The notes: generated from the sequence alone by a model not told the origin. DNA of 58,931 bases from Faecousia sp. (GCA_051867315.1 JBJDYM010000271.1:1-58931); one strand, 5' to 3'. Numbered from the stretch's first letter, positions 45,876-55,712 are shown. A program made the numbers and translations.

Positions 45876-46475
45876 TCATATTTCCTGTCTGCCCTCCAGA
45901 GCCCGGGAGAGGGTTACTTCGTCCGCATATTCCAGCTGGCTGCCCACGGGAACGCCGTAGGCCAGGCGGGTGACCTTGACCTCCATGGGGCGAAGGAGCC
46001 TGGAAATGTACATGGCCGTGGCCTCGCCCTCGGTATCGGGATTTGTGGCCATGATAACCTCTTTCACGGTTCCGGTGCTCACCCGTTTCAGCAGCTCCCG
46101 AATACGGATATCCTCCTGAGTCACATGGTTCAAAGGGGAGATTACGCCGTGGAGCACGTGGTATACCCCGTGAAATTCCCGGGAGCGCTCCATGGCGATC
46201 ACATCCTTTGGCTCTGCCACCACACAGATGACATCCTTGTCTCTGGAAGCATCGTCGCAGATGGGGCACACTTCCCTGTCAGTGATATTTTGACAGCAGG
46301 GGCAGGTATGGACGGATTTTTTAGCCTCCAAAATGGCATCGGCAAAGGCCTGAGCATCCTCCAACGGGAGCTCCAAAACATGGAACGCCAGACGCTGAGC
46401 CGTTTTTCCGCCGATGCCCGGAAGTCTTGCAAAATGGTCGGCCAAATCCTGCAATGCCGCGGGAAAAAACTGCAT
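45876..46475 (-). CDS. recR: Recombination mediator RecR
   Basis: LPGIGGKTAQRLA HhH, C4 zinc finger, YHVLHG and EGEATA TOPRIM. Confidence 0.97.
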   Translation of the reverse strand: MQFFPAALQDLADHFARLPGIGGKTAQRLAFHVLELPLEDAQAFADAILEAKKSVHTCPCCQNITDREVCPICDDASRDKDVICVVAEPKDVIAMERSREFHGVYHVLHGVISPLNHVTQEDIRIRELLKRVSTGTVKEVIMATNPDTEGEATAMYISRLLRPMEVKVTRLAYGVPVGSQLEYADEVTLSRALEGRQEI

Positions 46476-46484
46476 ACAGCCTCC

Positions 46485-46829
46485 TTAGAACAGGCCGCCC
46501 AGGTTCAGTCCGCCGGTCAGCCGGGACATATTATTGGCGGCTTCATTGTCGGCGGTGCGCATCGCCTCATTCACGGCGGCGATCACGGTATCCTGAAGCA
46601 TTTCCACATCCTCAGGGTCCACCGCCTCGGGGTTGATGGTCAGGCTGACCAGCTCATGCTTACCGTTCACCGTAGCGGAAACCATTCCGCCGCCTGCGCT
46701 GGCAGTGAACGTCTTGCTCTCCTGCTCCTGCTGCATGCGGAGCATTTCCTGCTGCATTTTCTGCGCCTGCTTCAGCATTGCGCTCTGGTTCATGCCGCCG
46801 GGCATACCGCGAAATCCATTTTTAGCCAT
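46485..46829 (-). CDS. ybaB: YbaB/EbfC nucleoid-associated protein
   Basis: KQAQKMQ, AGGGMV and DPEDVEMLQDTVIAAVNEA motifs. dnaX-ybaB-recR synteny. Confidence 0.95.
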   Translation of the reverse strand: MAKNGFRGMPGGMNQSAMLKQAQKMQQEMLRMQQEQESKTFTASAGGGMVSATVNGKHELVSLTINPEAVDPEDVEMLQDTVIAAVNEAMRTADNEAANNMSRLTGGLNLGGLF

Positions 46830-46852
46830 GATTCAATCTCCTATTCCAATAT

Positions 46853-48460
46853 TTATTCTTTCATATGGATGATATCGCTGTGACTTCTGCCGAAATTGAG
46901 CAGATTTTCCATTCTGGGATTTCCCAAAGGCTTGGCCGAAAGATCCACGGTAACAACCTTCACGCTCCGTCCAAGCTGGGCGGAAGCCTTCCGGGAAACA
47001 ATTTGAAGTGTTTCGCTCTTGCCGATCATCTCAGCGGTAAAGGTATTCCGGCACCGCAGCTCCAGCACTCCGTTTACCATCACGCCCCGCACCGGCGCGT
47101 TATCCGTGGAGACAAAGAACCCGGAAACGGGAGGCTTCAGCTCCTGGCGAACGGCGGCCACCAGCTCCGGCCAGAATCCAAGAGGAACGTCATCCGGAAC
47201 CGGCTCTTCTGCTGCGGCTGGCTCCGGCATTTCCGCCCGGGCTTCCGTTTTGTCGGAAACCGGAGTGTTTGACTCGGCGCTCTGGGGATTGGATACCACG
47301 AAGCATCCGCTCTTGATCTGATCCTCCAGACGGGTCAGCCGGGCGTTCAGGGATTTTGCGTCCAGACTCAGCTCCGGCTGGCACAGCTCCAAAATGCAAA
47401 GCTCTGCATCCATCCTGCGGCTGGCGCTCCTTGTGAAATCCGAAAGGGTCTGCTGAATGAGGTTCATCATCCGAACCAGTTCTCCGCTGGACAGCTTCCC
47501 GGACAGCGCCGTCACCTCCTGATCGGAGGCCACGCCGGAGAGCATGGTGATGCCGGAGTTCGGTGCGGTTTTAATGACCAAAATGTCCCGGATCAAACAG
47601 GCCAGCTCATCCAGCATCGCGCCCAGGTCCTTGCCCTCGGTATAGAGCTGGTTGAACAGCGTCAACGCTTTTTGGGAATCGTGGGCTGCAATATGGGAAA
47701 GCATTTCCCCGCATTTCCGTTCCCCGGCAATGCCCAGACAGGCGTAAACCGAATCGGCGGTCAATTCCCCGGCGGTGGCGGAGGCGCATTGATCCAAAAG
47801 GCTGAGGCCGTCCCGCATGCCGCCGTCTGCAAGACGGGCAATGACTCTGGCTGCGGACTCGTCCAAATCGATGTTTTCCTGATAGGCGACATATTGAAGC
47901 CTTGCGGCGATGTCCTCCTGGCTGATTCTGCGGAAAGAAAAACGCTGGCATCTGGACAGGATCGTTGCCGGAACCTTGTGCAGCTCCGTGGTGGCCAGAA
48001 TAAACAGCAAATGCTCCGGCGGCTCTTCCACGATTTTCAGCAGGGCATTAAAGGCAGAAAGAGAGAGCATGTGTACCTCATCGATGATGTACACCCGTTT
48101 TTTTACCTGGGACGGTGTGTAGATGGCATCGTCCCGCAGATCCCGGATGTTATCCACGCCGTTGTTGGAGGCGGCATCGATTTCCAGAACATCCATGCAG
48201 GTTCCGTCATCAATGGCCCTGCAGGCACTGCAGCAGTTGCAGGGATTGCCGTTGTCCGGGTTGAGGCAGTTTACCGCCTTGGCCAGAATCTTGGCGCAGG
48301 TGGTTTTGCCGGTGCCCCGGGAGCCGGTAAAAAGATACGCATGGCTCATCTTGCCGGTCATCAGCTGGTTTTTCAGGGTCTGGGTGACCGCCATCTGACC
48401 GGAAACATCGTCAAAGGTCTGGGGACGATATTTGCGATATAGAGCCTGATAGGCAGCCAT
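46853..48460 (-). CDS. dnaX: DNA polymerase III subunit gamma/tau
   Basis: Start MAAYQALYRKYRP at 48460. GSRGTGKTT, EIDAASN, DEVHML and SRCQRF motifs. Confidence 0.97.
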   Translation of the reverse strand: MAAYQALYRKYRPQTFDDVSGQMAVTQTLKNQLMTGKMSHAYLFTGSRGTGKTTCAKILAKAVNCLNPDNGNPCNCCSACRAIDDGTCMDVLEIDAASNNGVDNIRDLRDDAIYTPSQVKKRVYIIDEVHMLSLSAFNALLKIVEEPPEHLLFILATTELHKVPATILSRCQRFSFRRISQEDIAARLQYVAYQENIDLDESAARVIARLADGGMRDGLSLLDQCASATAGELTADSVYACLGIAGERKCGEMLSHIAAHDSQKALTLFNQLYTEGKDLGAMLDELACLIRDILVIKTAPNSGITMLSGVASDQEVTALSGKLSSGELVRMMNLIQQTLSDFTRSASRRMDAELCILELCQPELSLDAKSLNARLTRLEDQIKSGCFVVSNPQSAESNTPVSDKTEARAEMPEPAAAEEPVPDDVPLGFWPELVAAVRQELKPPVSGFFVSTDNAPVRGVMVNGVLELRCRNTFTAEMIGKSETLQIVSRKASAQLGRSVKVVTVDLSAKPLGNPRMENLLNFGRSHSDIIHMKE

Positions 48461-48507
48461 TGCTTCTCTCCTTTCAAAATGCCGGAAAACATGCCGGCTC
48501 ATAACAA

Positions 48508-48778
48508 GATCGCACACCCACATTTGTTCAGGCAACATACCCCGAAGCCGTGCAGAAAGCTCAAAATCGGCAATCCCGCGGCACACGAGAAGATCCGCTT
48601 AATGCTGCTTGGTTCCCCACCTGACATGGTTCACGGGATCTCATTGCGCAAGACCGACTTCTCAACACCTCTTACACGGGTCGGACGGGTACATTACACC
48701 TAACCGGGTGTGGGAATTCATCCCTGCTGTAGCGGATTGCAGGTACAGGGCACCGCTAACTCCCCGACTAGTGCGACC
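48508..48778 (-). ncRNA. ffs: Large bacterial SRP RNA (scRNA with Alu domain)
   Basis: 5' Alu domain GGGGAGTTAGCGGTGCCCTGTACCTGCAATCCGCT, helix 8 TGTCAGGTGGGGAACCAAGCAGCA (48626..48603), terminal stem GGTCGCAC/GTGCGATC, canonical position upstream of dnaX. Confidence 0.93.
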
Positions 48779-48819
48779 TTGTTATAAGCCGGCAGCTCAA
48801 ACAAGGAAACTATTCTGTT

Positions 48820-49041
48820 TTAGTTGAGCTTGGACTCCACAAAATCAGCCAGCTCCTGGAAGGTCGTGATCTTCTGATCCTCCATATCCAGTTCAATGCC
48901 CAGCTCACTCTCCAGGTCCATAATCATCTCCACAATGTCCAGGGAGTCAATGCCCAGGCTTTCAAAGGTGCTGTCGGGGCTGATGTCGGAAGCGTCAATC
49001 TCCAGCTGCTTGGCGGCGTATTTCACAAGTTTCTCGTACAT
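48820..49041 (-). CDS. acpP: Acyl carrier protein
   Basis: 73-aa acidic protein with LGIDSLDIVE phosphopantetheine motif. GGAGGG RBS. Confidence 0.93.
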   Translation of the reverse strand: MYEKLVKYAAKQLEIDASDISPDSTFESLGIDSLDIVEMIMDLESELGIELDMEDQKITTFQELADFVESKLN

Positions 49042-49085
49042 TCTTTATGTCCCTCCGAATATTCTGTGTAGAACATTTCCGTAAT

Positions 49086-49114
49086 ATTCTAGTACAGGAC
49101 GGCAAATTTGTCAA
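49086..49114 (-). promoter_or_regulatory. sigmaA-type promoter of acpP (possibly acpP-ffs-dnaX)
   Basis: TTGACA-17 nt-TAGAAT. Confidence 0.8.
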
Positions 49115-49160
49115 TCCTTGATTTTGTGAATGATGAATGAACAGCCTCAAAGCGGCTTTT

Positions 49161-50387
49161 TCACCGGTCCGCCGGAACGGACATCCCGGCTGCATAGGCC
49201 GTTGCCCAGGCAATTTGCAGATTAAAGCCGCCGGTATAAGCATCGCAGTCCAGGATCTCTCCGGCAAAGAAAAGGCCGGAAATCAGCTTGGATTCCATGG
49301 TTTTCGGGTCAATTTCCGAAACCTTCACGCCGCCGGAGGTGATGATCGCCTCGCTGACCGGGCGCTTGCCCGTAATGTCAAAGCTGAACGCTTTCAACAG
49401 CTCCACCAGAGCCCGGCGTTTTTGCTTTGTCAGAGAATTGGCCTGCAGATCGGGGGAAATTTCCAGCCGGCGCAGGACAACGGGAATCATGGAGCGGGGC
49501 AGCAAATCGGTGAGGGCATTCTCCATGGCGCGGTTTTGGTAAAGCTCCAAATCCCGCCGGATGCGCTCATCCAGCTTATTTTCTTCCAGAGCGGGCTTCA
49601 AATCAATCACCAGGCGGCACCCCTCCCCTTTCAGGTGGCAGCTGGCGCTGAGCACCGTGGGGCCGGATACACCGAAATGGGTGAACAGCAGTTCGCCAAA
49701 ATCCCTGTACAGTACCTTCCCCTTGGCGTTCAAAAGCTTCACGCCCACATTGCGAAGCGACAGCCCCTGCATTTCGGGACAGTCCGGTCCATCCGCTGTC
49801 AGGGGTACCAGGCTCCCTTCCTGGGGGATGACGGTATGGCCCATTGCTGCGGCAAAGGCATACCCATCGCCGGTGGAGCCTGTCGCGGGATAGGAAACGC
49901 CGCCGGTGGCCAGAATCACCCAGGCTGCCTCATAGGTATTTTTCCCGGTCCGAACACCGGAAACTCTGTCATTTACGGACAAAAGCTCTGTCACGGTCTC
50001 ATTTTTAACGGTAACCTTCCTCCGGCGCAGCTCACTCAGCAGGCAATCCAGCACGGATTGGGAGCGGTCCGTCACCGGAAAGACCCGGTTGCCCCGCTCG
50101 GTTTTCAGCGGGCAGCCATGGGCTTCAAAAAATGCGATGGTTTTTTCCGGGGGGAAAGCGGTCATGGCACTGTAGAGGAAGCGGCCGTTGCGGGGGGTGT
50201 TCTGCAAAACCTCCTGCTCCGTGCAGCGGTTTGTCACATTGCAGCGGCCCTTACCGGTAATGAGCAGCTTTTTCCCCAGCCGGTCGTTTTTTTCCAGCAG
50301 CAGCACACGGCAGCCCCTGGACGCAGCGGTAATCGCCGCAAACATTCCGGCAGGTCCGCCGCCGATCACAATGCCGTCATACTTCAT
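49161..50387 (-). CDS. HI0933/BaiN-family flavoprotein oxidoreductase
   Basis: GGGPAG, KLLITGKGRCNVTN, ATGGVSYPATGSTGDG and GGFNLQIAW motifs. Confidence 0.93.
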   Translation of the reverse strand: MKYDGIVIGGGPAGMFAAITAASRGCRVLLLEKNDRLGKKLLITGKGRCNVTNRCTEQEVLQNTPRNGRFLYSAMTAFPPEKTIAFFEAHGCPLKTERGNRVFPVTDRSQSVLDCLLSELRRRKVTVKNETVTELLSVNDRVSGVRTGKNTYEAAWVILATGGVSYPATGSTGDGYAFAAAMGHTVIPQEGSLVPLTADGPDCPEMQGLSLRNVGVKLLNAKGKVLYRDFGELLFTHFGVSGPTVLSASCHLKGEGCRLVIDLKPALEENKLDERIRRDLELYQNRAMENALTDLLPRSMIPVVLRRLEISPDLQANSLTKQKRRALVELLKAFSFDITGKRPVSEAIITSGGVKVSEIDPKTMESKLISGLFFAGEILDCDAYTGGFNLQIAWATAYAAGMSVPADR

Positions 50388-51252
50388 CCTCTTTTACCTG
50401 CTTCTCATAAACATCATATTCATCCCAGATTTTCTCCAGGTTTTCAAAGGTTCTGGAGAGTTCCTTTTCCCGCTTGGCAGCAATGGCGACAATCAGTGCG
50501 TTGATCAGACTGAGGGGCGCCACCAGGCTGTCCACCAGGGAAACCATGTCGCTTTTCGCGATCAAAACATGGTCACAACATTGGCCCAAAGGGGAAAGCT
50601 TGCTGTCGGTGAAGCCAATCACCGTTGCACCGGCGGAGCAGCAGTACCGGGCGCCCTTGGTAGTAGAAGCGGAATAACGGGGAAAGCTGAAGGCAATGAC
50701 CACATCCTCACTATTGACGCCTACGATCTTTTCAAACATCTCGCCGGCGCTCATGCCGGAAATGACATGGACGTTATTAAACATATAATTCAGATAATAC
50801 CCCAGGAAATTGGCCAAAGGGGCGACAGAGCGGACGCCCAGGATATAAACCCGTTTCGCCTTGAGGATAGCGTTCACGGCATTGTTGAATTCCTCCCGGC
50901 TCACCGTTTCCTCGGTTTGGCGGAGCTTTTCAATGTCCGAGCGGACAACCGTCGAGATGATGTCCTGGTTGCCCAGCCGGTCGTTGGCCACTTCAATCCG
51001 CTGCACAGAGGTGAGACGGTTTAAAACCATCTCCTGCATGGCCTTCTGCATGGCGGGATACCCGTCGAAGCCCAGGTCCACCGCAAAGCGAACCACGGTG
51101 GATTCCGAAACGCCCACGGTCTTTCCCAGGCGGCTGGCGGTCATAAAGGCGGCCTTGTCGTACGCCTCGGTGATATACTGGGCGATCCTACGCTGTCCTT
51201 TTGAAAAATCCGGTGTTTTCTCCTGTAATAGTGTCAAAAAATCGTGATTCAT
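50377..51252 (-). CDS. MurR/RpiR family transcriptional regulator
   Basis: SKGQRRIA...VSESTVVRFA..LGFDGY HTH followed by a SIS domain (FSFPRYS, TDS..SPL). Confidence 0.93.
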   Translation of the reverse strand: MNHDFLTLLQEKTPDFSKGQRRIAQYITEAYDKAAFMTASRLGKTVGVSESTVVRFAVDLGFDGYPAMQKAMQEMVLNRLTSVQRIEVANDRLGNQDIISTVVRSDIEKLRQTEETVSREEFNNAVNAILKAKRVYILGVRSVAPLANFLGYYLNYMFNNVHVISGMSAGEMFEKIVGVNSEDVVIAFSFPRYSASTTKGARYCCSAGATVIGFTDSKLSPLGQCCDHVLIAKSDMVSLVDSLVAPLSLINALIVAIAAKREKELSRTFENLEKIWDEYDVYEKQVKEDEV

Positions 51253-51348
51253 AAAGATGCCTCGATTTCATGAATGAATTTTTTCATCTGCATCACAATA
51301 CTAGCAAAAACCGCTGCATTTTGCAAGAGACCGTGCAGCGGTTTTCCA

Positions 51349-52047
51349 TTATATTTTATTTCGTTCCTCCTCGGTCAGGTAGCGCCATTTGCCCAGAGGA
51401 AGCTTTCCAAGCTCCAATTGGCCCTCCCGGATTCGTTTCAGCCGGGTCACCTGCATTCCGGCCATTTGGCACATCCTGCGGATCTGCCGGTTGCGGCCCT
51501 CGTGGATGGTAATCTCAAATTCCGCCCGGTCTTCTCCGGTGCTGCGAAGGCGCAGCTTCGGGGGGCGGATTTGATATCCGTCCAGTTCCACCGGTTCGTG
51601 AAGCTTCTGAAAGCCCGCCCGGGAATAGCCGGAGACCTGAACCAGGTAGGTTTTCTCAATCTCATGGCTGGGATGCATGGCTCTGTTGGCGAAGGCGCCG
51701 TCGTTGGTGAACAGCAGCAGTCCCTCGGAGTCCATATCCAGCCGCCCCACGGGATAAACCCGCTGTCCGCAGCCCTCCACCAAAGACGCGGCAGTGGGTC
51801 TCCCCTTTTCGTCGGACAGGGTGGTCACATAGCCCCGGGGCTTATTCAGCATCAGATATATGTAGCCCCGGGCGGAGGGAAGGGGCTTTCCCTCCACGGT
51901 TATTTGATCAACATCCGGATCCGCTCCGTCACCAACGGAAGCAGTTTCCCCATTCACGGCTACAAGGCCGCCGCGGATCAGCTCCTCCGCCCTGCGCCGG
52001 GATGCAACCCCCCGGTCGGACAGGATTTTTTGAAGTCTTTGCTTCAC
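51349..52047 (-). CDS. rluB: 23S rRNA pseudouridine synthase RluB-like
   Basis: S4 domain RLQK...SRRRAE, NKPRG, VGRLDMDSEGLLL and EGRNRQIRRM motifs. Confidence 0.93.
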   Translation of the reverse strand: MKQRLQKILSDRGVASRRRAEELIRGGLVAVNGETASVGDGADPDVDQITVEGKPLPSARGYIYLMLNKPRGYVTTLSDEKGRPTAASLVEGCGQRVYPVGRLDMDSEGLLLFTNDGAFANRAMHPSHEIEKTYLVQVSGYSRAGFQKLHEPVELDGYQIRPPKLRLRSTGEDRAEFEITIHEGRNRQIRRMCQMAGMQVTRLKRIREGQLELGKLPLGKWRYLTEEERNKI

Positions 52048-53147
52048 TCGCTTTTCCTCCAGAAAAGAAAACGGTTTTGTTTTTTCTGCTCCGGCTGGAC
52101 AATTTCAGAGGTTTCTCCGTATACCACAGGGATTTTTCCCACGGCCTTGCCGGAAAGCAGCACATAGGCGAAGCCAGCGTCCGCTCCCTCGGCCACCGGA
52201 GCGTATATAAAGCCGCTGCCCGGCAGAAGAAGCTGAGGGTTTTCATCCTTGGAAATGGAATACACATAGTTTTCCGCCGCCAAAACGGCAACCTTGGAAG
52301 GTGCTCCGCTGGCAATTTCCCGGTAGCCGACGCAATCGCCGACGGTTACAATCCGCTGTAAATTGTATTTTGAAAAGCCCTGGTCCAAAAGCGAAGCGTG
52401 ATCCCGCCAATCGTCCGGATCGTTGATGGTCACGGCAACCAGCCTGCGGCGATTCTGCGTTGCGCTGGACACCAGAATCCGTCCGGCTGCCTTGGTGTAT
52501 CCGGTTTTCACGCCGTCCGCTCCGGGGTAGAGCCACAGGAGCTTATTATGGTTTCGCAGGCTGCGATTTCCAATGGTGATGGTTTTGGTGGAAACGGTTT
52601 GGGAGAAAACCGGATTTTCCATGGCGTAGGAGGCCAGAATCGCCAGATCCCTTGCGGTGGAGTAGTGGTTTTTGGCATCAAGACCGTTGGGATTTTCAAA
52701 ATGGGTCTGGGTCATCCCCAGGCTTCTGGCCTTGTCGTTCATCAGGTTCGCAAATTCCTCTGTGCTGCCGCAGCAGTAAAGGGCCAGCGCCACCGCCGCA
52801 TCGTTTCCAGAGGAGAGCATCAGACCATAGAGCAGTTCCTGAATGGACAGCTTCTCCCCTTCCCTCAAATACATGGAGGAGCCCTCAATTCCCACCGCTT
52901 CCTTTGGAATCCGCATTTGGTCCAGGACATTGCAGCGTTCGCAGATGAGCAGCGCAGTCATGATTTTGGTGGTACTGGCAATCAGGCTCTGACGGCTGCT
53001 GTTCTTGTCATAAAGAAGCCTTCCGCTGATGGGGTCCATCACCACGGCGCTTTGCGCGGAAACAGCACCCGTCTTTACCGGGACAAACAGAACGGCGGCC
53101 AGCAGTGCTGCCGCCGCTCCGGCGAGTAATCTTTTCATCTTCTTCAC
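52044..53147 (-). CDS. dacB: D-alanyl-D-alanine carboxypeptidase (S11; DacB-like)
   Basis: Signal peptide, ASTTK (SxxK), SGN and KTG motifs. Alternative ATG start 53138. Confidence 0.88.
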   Translation of the reverse strand: MKKMKRLLAGAAAALLAAVLFVPVKTGAVSAQSAVVMDPISGRLLYDKNSSRQSLIASTTKIMTALLICERCNVLDQMRIPKEAVGIEGSSMYLREGEKLSIQELLYGLMLSSGNDAAVALALYCCGSTEEFANLMNDKARSLGMTQTHFENPNGLDAKNHYSTARDLAILASYAMENPVFSQTVSTKTITIGNRSLRNHNKLLWLYPGADGVKTGYTKAAGRILVSSATQNRRRLVAVTINDPDDWRDHASLLDQGFSKYNLQRIVTVGDCVGYREIASGAPSKVAVLAAENYVYSISKDENPQLLLPGSGFIYAPVAEGADAGFAYVLLSGKAVGKIPVVYGETSEIVQPEQKKQNRFLFWRKSE

Positions 53148-53177
53148 CCGGAAATAGTCTTTCCGGGAAAAGACACT

Positions 53178-53570
53178 TTATTCCCCTTTTCCGCCGGATT
53201 TGGAATCGATAAAGGAAGTGATCTTGTCCAGGGTGTCGGGAATCATTTCCACCAGCCTGTCCGCCGTGGTGTTGGCCGCCTGGGCCACGGGAATCATGCG
53301 GACATTGCCGTCCTTCACAATCAGAAAGCAGATGGGCGTGACCTTCACACCGGCACCCACGCCTCCGCCGAAGGGGTTATCACCGGAAGCTGTTTTTCCC
53401 TTGGTGAAATCGGAACCGGCACCGCCAAAGCCAACGCTGACCTTGGAAACAGGGATGATGGTGACGCCGTCCGGGGTGGAAATGGGCTCGCCGATGACGG
53501 AATTCACGTCAATCATTTCTTTTATCTTCTGAATGGTACTTTCCAGCATACCGGGAAGCTTTTGACTCAT
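53178..53570 (-). CDS. ytfJ: GerW/YtfJ family sporulation protein
   Basis: DVNSVIGEPI, IIPVSKVSVGFGGAG and FGGGVGAGVKVTP motifs. Confidence 0.93.
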   Translation of the reverse strand: MSQKLPGMLESTIQKIKEMIDVNSVIGEPISTPDGVTIIPVSKVSVGFGGAGSDFTKGKTASGDNPFGGGVGAGVKVTPICFLIVKDGNVRMIPVAQAANTTADRLVEMIPDTLDKITSFIDSKSGGKGE

Positions 53571-54205
53571 GATACTGCACCGCCTTTACGTTTCTTCTTG
53601 AAAATCAACAATTCTTTCAGCAAACGGACCCCATAAACCGCCCCAAGGGAAACCAGCTGCCAAACCAGCAGCGTCAGCTCCATCCGGGCAATCACCAGGG
53701 TCTCATCGGCTGTGAAGTCGCATTCCACCTCACAGTCCCGTTTTTCGATGATAAACACCTTTTCCAGCATGGGGAGCAGATTCCCCAGGGCTGCCCAGGC
53801 TCTGCCGTAATTCACCGCCAGATCACAGGGGTCATCTCCCGCCAGAATCAGCTTCAGCTGCAAATGGTTGATCCGCATTTTCTTCCGAAATTGGTTCAAA
53901 AAATCCAGAGCAACCTTGATAAGAGGTAAAAAATCCCGAATACTGCCGCCTTTTTGAGGGCTGCCGGTCTGCGGATCGCTTTTGGGCTGAGAGGCAGTCA
54001 TTTCTTTCTGCTCCGGTTTGGATTCATCAGTGGATTCAGATTCCTTCACCGGCTTCTTTTTCCGTTTTTTCAGAGGAAAAATTGTATAATGGAAACATCC
54101 GGCAATGATGCGAACCAAAAGCCCTCCGGAATCGTATCGAACCGACACGCCCATCGGCAGAAAAGCAATCAGAAGGACAATTGCCAGCGCAATCAGCCAG
54201 CCCAT
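53567..54205 (-). CDS. DUF2953 (YtfI-like) membrane-anchored protein
   Basis: N-terminal hydrophobic segment, GDDPCDLAVNYG motif, directly upstream of ytfJ. Confidence 0.8.
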   Translation of the reverse strand: MGWLIALAIVLLIAFLPMGVSVRYDSGGLLVRIIAGCFHYTIFPLKKRKKKPVKESESTDESKPEQKEMTASQPKSDPQTGSPQKGGSIRDFLPLIKVALDFLNQFRKKMRINHLQLKLILAGDDPCDLAVNYGRAWAALGNLLPMLEKVFIIEKRDCEVECDFTADETLVIARMELTLLVWQLVSLGAVYGVRLLKELLIFKKKRKGGAVS

Positions 54206-54774
54206 TACTCTGCCCCCTCCGGTACCGGTGTCTGTTCCGGCTCGATGGGTTCGCCAAAGGCAATTTTCTCAATAGGAGGAAGCTCTTCCAGAGACGAGAG
54301 GCCAAAGGTACGCAGAAAATCCGGCGTGGTCCGGTACTGGATGGGTCTGCCGGGCACGTTTAAGCGTCCAGCCTCTTCGATCAGCTTTTTATTCAGCAGG
54401 GCTGCCACAGAGTAGGAGCTGTCCACCCCCCGAATCTGCTCCACCATGGCCTTGGTGGCAGGCTGATAATAGGCAATGATGGTCAGCGCCTCCAGCTGGG
54501 AGGAGGAAAGCTTGGGCGGTTTTCTGGTCTCCAGGGCTTTGGTGACGTAATCCGCCATTTCACCGGAGGATACCATCTGGTAGCCCCGCTCCAATCGGAC
54601 GATGCGGATGCCCCGGCGCTCGAAGGAGAGCTGATTGGCCAGCGCGTCGGCGGCTTCTTCGATTTCGTTTTCATCGACCTCCAGCACCGCCGCAAGCCGG
54701 GAAATATCCATTCGCTCCCCGGAAGCAAACAGGATGGCTTCCAGAATGCGCTGGATTTCGGACTGTTCCATCAA
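54205..54774 (-). CDS. scpB: SMC-Scp complex subunit ScpB
   Basis: LEAILFASG, LEALTIIAYYQP, IRGVDS and GRPIQYRTTPDFLRTFGL motifs. Confidence 0.97.
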   Translation of the reverse strand: MMEQSEIQRILEAILFASGERMDISRLAAVLEVDENEIEEAADALANQLSFERRGIRIVRLERGYQMVSSGEMADYVTKALETRKPPKLSSSQLEALTIIAYYQPATKAMVEQIRGVDSSYSVAALLNKKLIEEAGRLNVPGRPIQYRTTPDFLRTFGLSSLEELPPIEKIAFGEPIEPEQTPVPEGAE

Positions 54775-55565
54775 AGGGCCTCCTCCACATTGGCATCGGT
54801 TTTCAGCAAACGGACATTGGGATTCTCGCCGGAGTTATCATCTTCCAGGGCAACGGAATTTGTTTTGCACAATTCCAGTATCGCCAAAAAAGTGGCAACA
54901 ATTTCAGAGCGGCTTTTATTTCCCCGGAACAGACTTTTCAGCCGCTCCACACCCCGCAGCACCAGCTGGCGCAGCACCTCGCCAGCCTTTCTGGTAACGG
55001 GATAGGGCTCCTTTGCCACAATCCCCTTGAAATTCGCCGTGGGCGGGGGCAGCTGACGCTGATTCCGCTCGGCAATCAGATCCAGCGCCCGCAGAAGATC
55101 CAGAACACTGTGCTGATAGCGATAGGTACTGTCCTTGCGCAGCGGCTCCGGGTCTTTGGTAAAGAGGCACCGGCCGATTTCGTTTCTGGGCTCCAGCTGA
55201 CTGACTGCGAGGCGGATCTGCTCCATGGCTTCCTTACGCCGCCGCTCAATCAGGCTCTGGCGAAGCAGGTCCAGCTCGGATTCCGCTTCGGCCTGTTCGG
55301 CGGCGGAAAGAAGCATTTTGGTTTTGATCAGCATCAAATGGGATGCCATGGAAATGAACTCGCTGGCAATTTCCATGTCCAGCCGTTTCATCTCGTCAAG
55401 ATATGCCAGGTATTGCTCCAAAATCGCGGTAATGGAAACATCCTGGATTTCTATTTTGTTTTTACTGAGCAGCAGGAAAATGACGTCCAAGGGCCCTTCA
55501 AAATCCTCCATGATTTCGGTCCGGGTGTGGACGATTCCCTCCAGCTTATATTGGGGTTCAGCCAT
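54771..55565 (-). CDS. scpA: Segregation and condensation protein ScpA (kleisin)
   Basis: FEGPLDVIFLL, EQYLAY, IKTKMLL and IVATFLAILEL motifs. Confidence 0.96.
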   Translation of the reverse strand: MAEPQYKLEGIVHTRTEIMEDFEGPLDVIFLLLSKNKIEIQDVSITAILEQYLAYLDEMKRLDMEIASEFISMASHLMLIKTKMLLSAAEQAEAESELDLLRQSLIERRRKEAMEQIRLAVSQLEPRNEIGRCLFTKDPEPLRKDSTYRYQHSVLDLLRALDLIAERNQRQLPPPTANFKGIVAKEPYPVTRKAGEVLRQLVLRGVERLKSLFRGNKSRSEIVATFLAILELCKTNSVALEDDNSGENPNVRLLKTDANVEEAL

Positions 55566-55617
55566 ATCGGAGCACCTATTCTCCCATTTTTCGCAAATAA
55601 TTTGAATGATCCTTTGA

Positions 55618-55712
55618 ATTATATCACGAAATTACACCCAACGCAAGCAAAACGAAAAAAATCTCCATTTCGGCTTAAAATGATTGCATTTTATTTCCGA
55701 ATGTGTTAAGAT
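55618..55712. promoter_or_regulatory. Divergent sigmaA-type promoters (scpA and membrane protein gene)
   Basis: Minus strand TTGCGT-17-TATAAT with TG (55646..55618). Plus strand TTGCAT-17-TAAGAT with TGTG (55684..55712). Confidence 0.65.

Noticed and set aside
46853-48460. Programmed frameshift producing gamma from dnaX
   Set aside because: I did not spot an AAAAAAG or long A-run slippery site by eye, so it is not supported.
48461-48586. N-terminal extension of the dnaX ORF
   Set aside because: It runs into the SRP RNA. The conserved DnaX start is at 48460.
54060-54110. TATAAT/TACAAT hexamers inside the DUF2953 gene
   Set aside because: No -35 element at a proper spacing on either strand.
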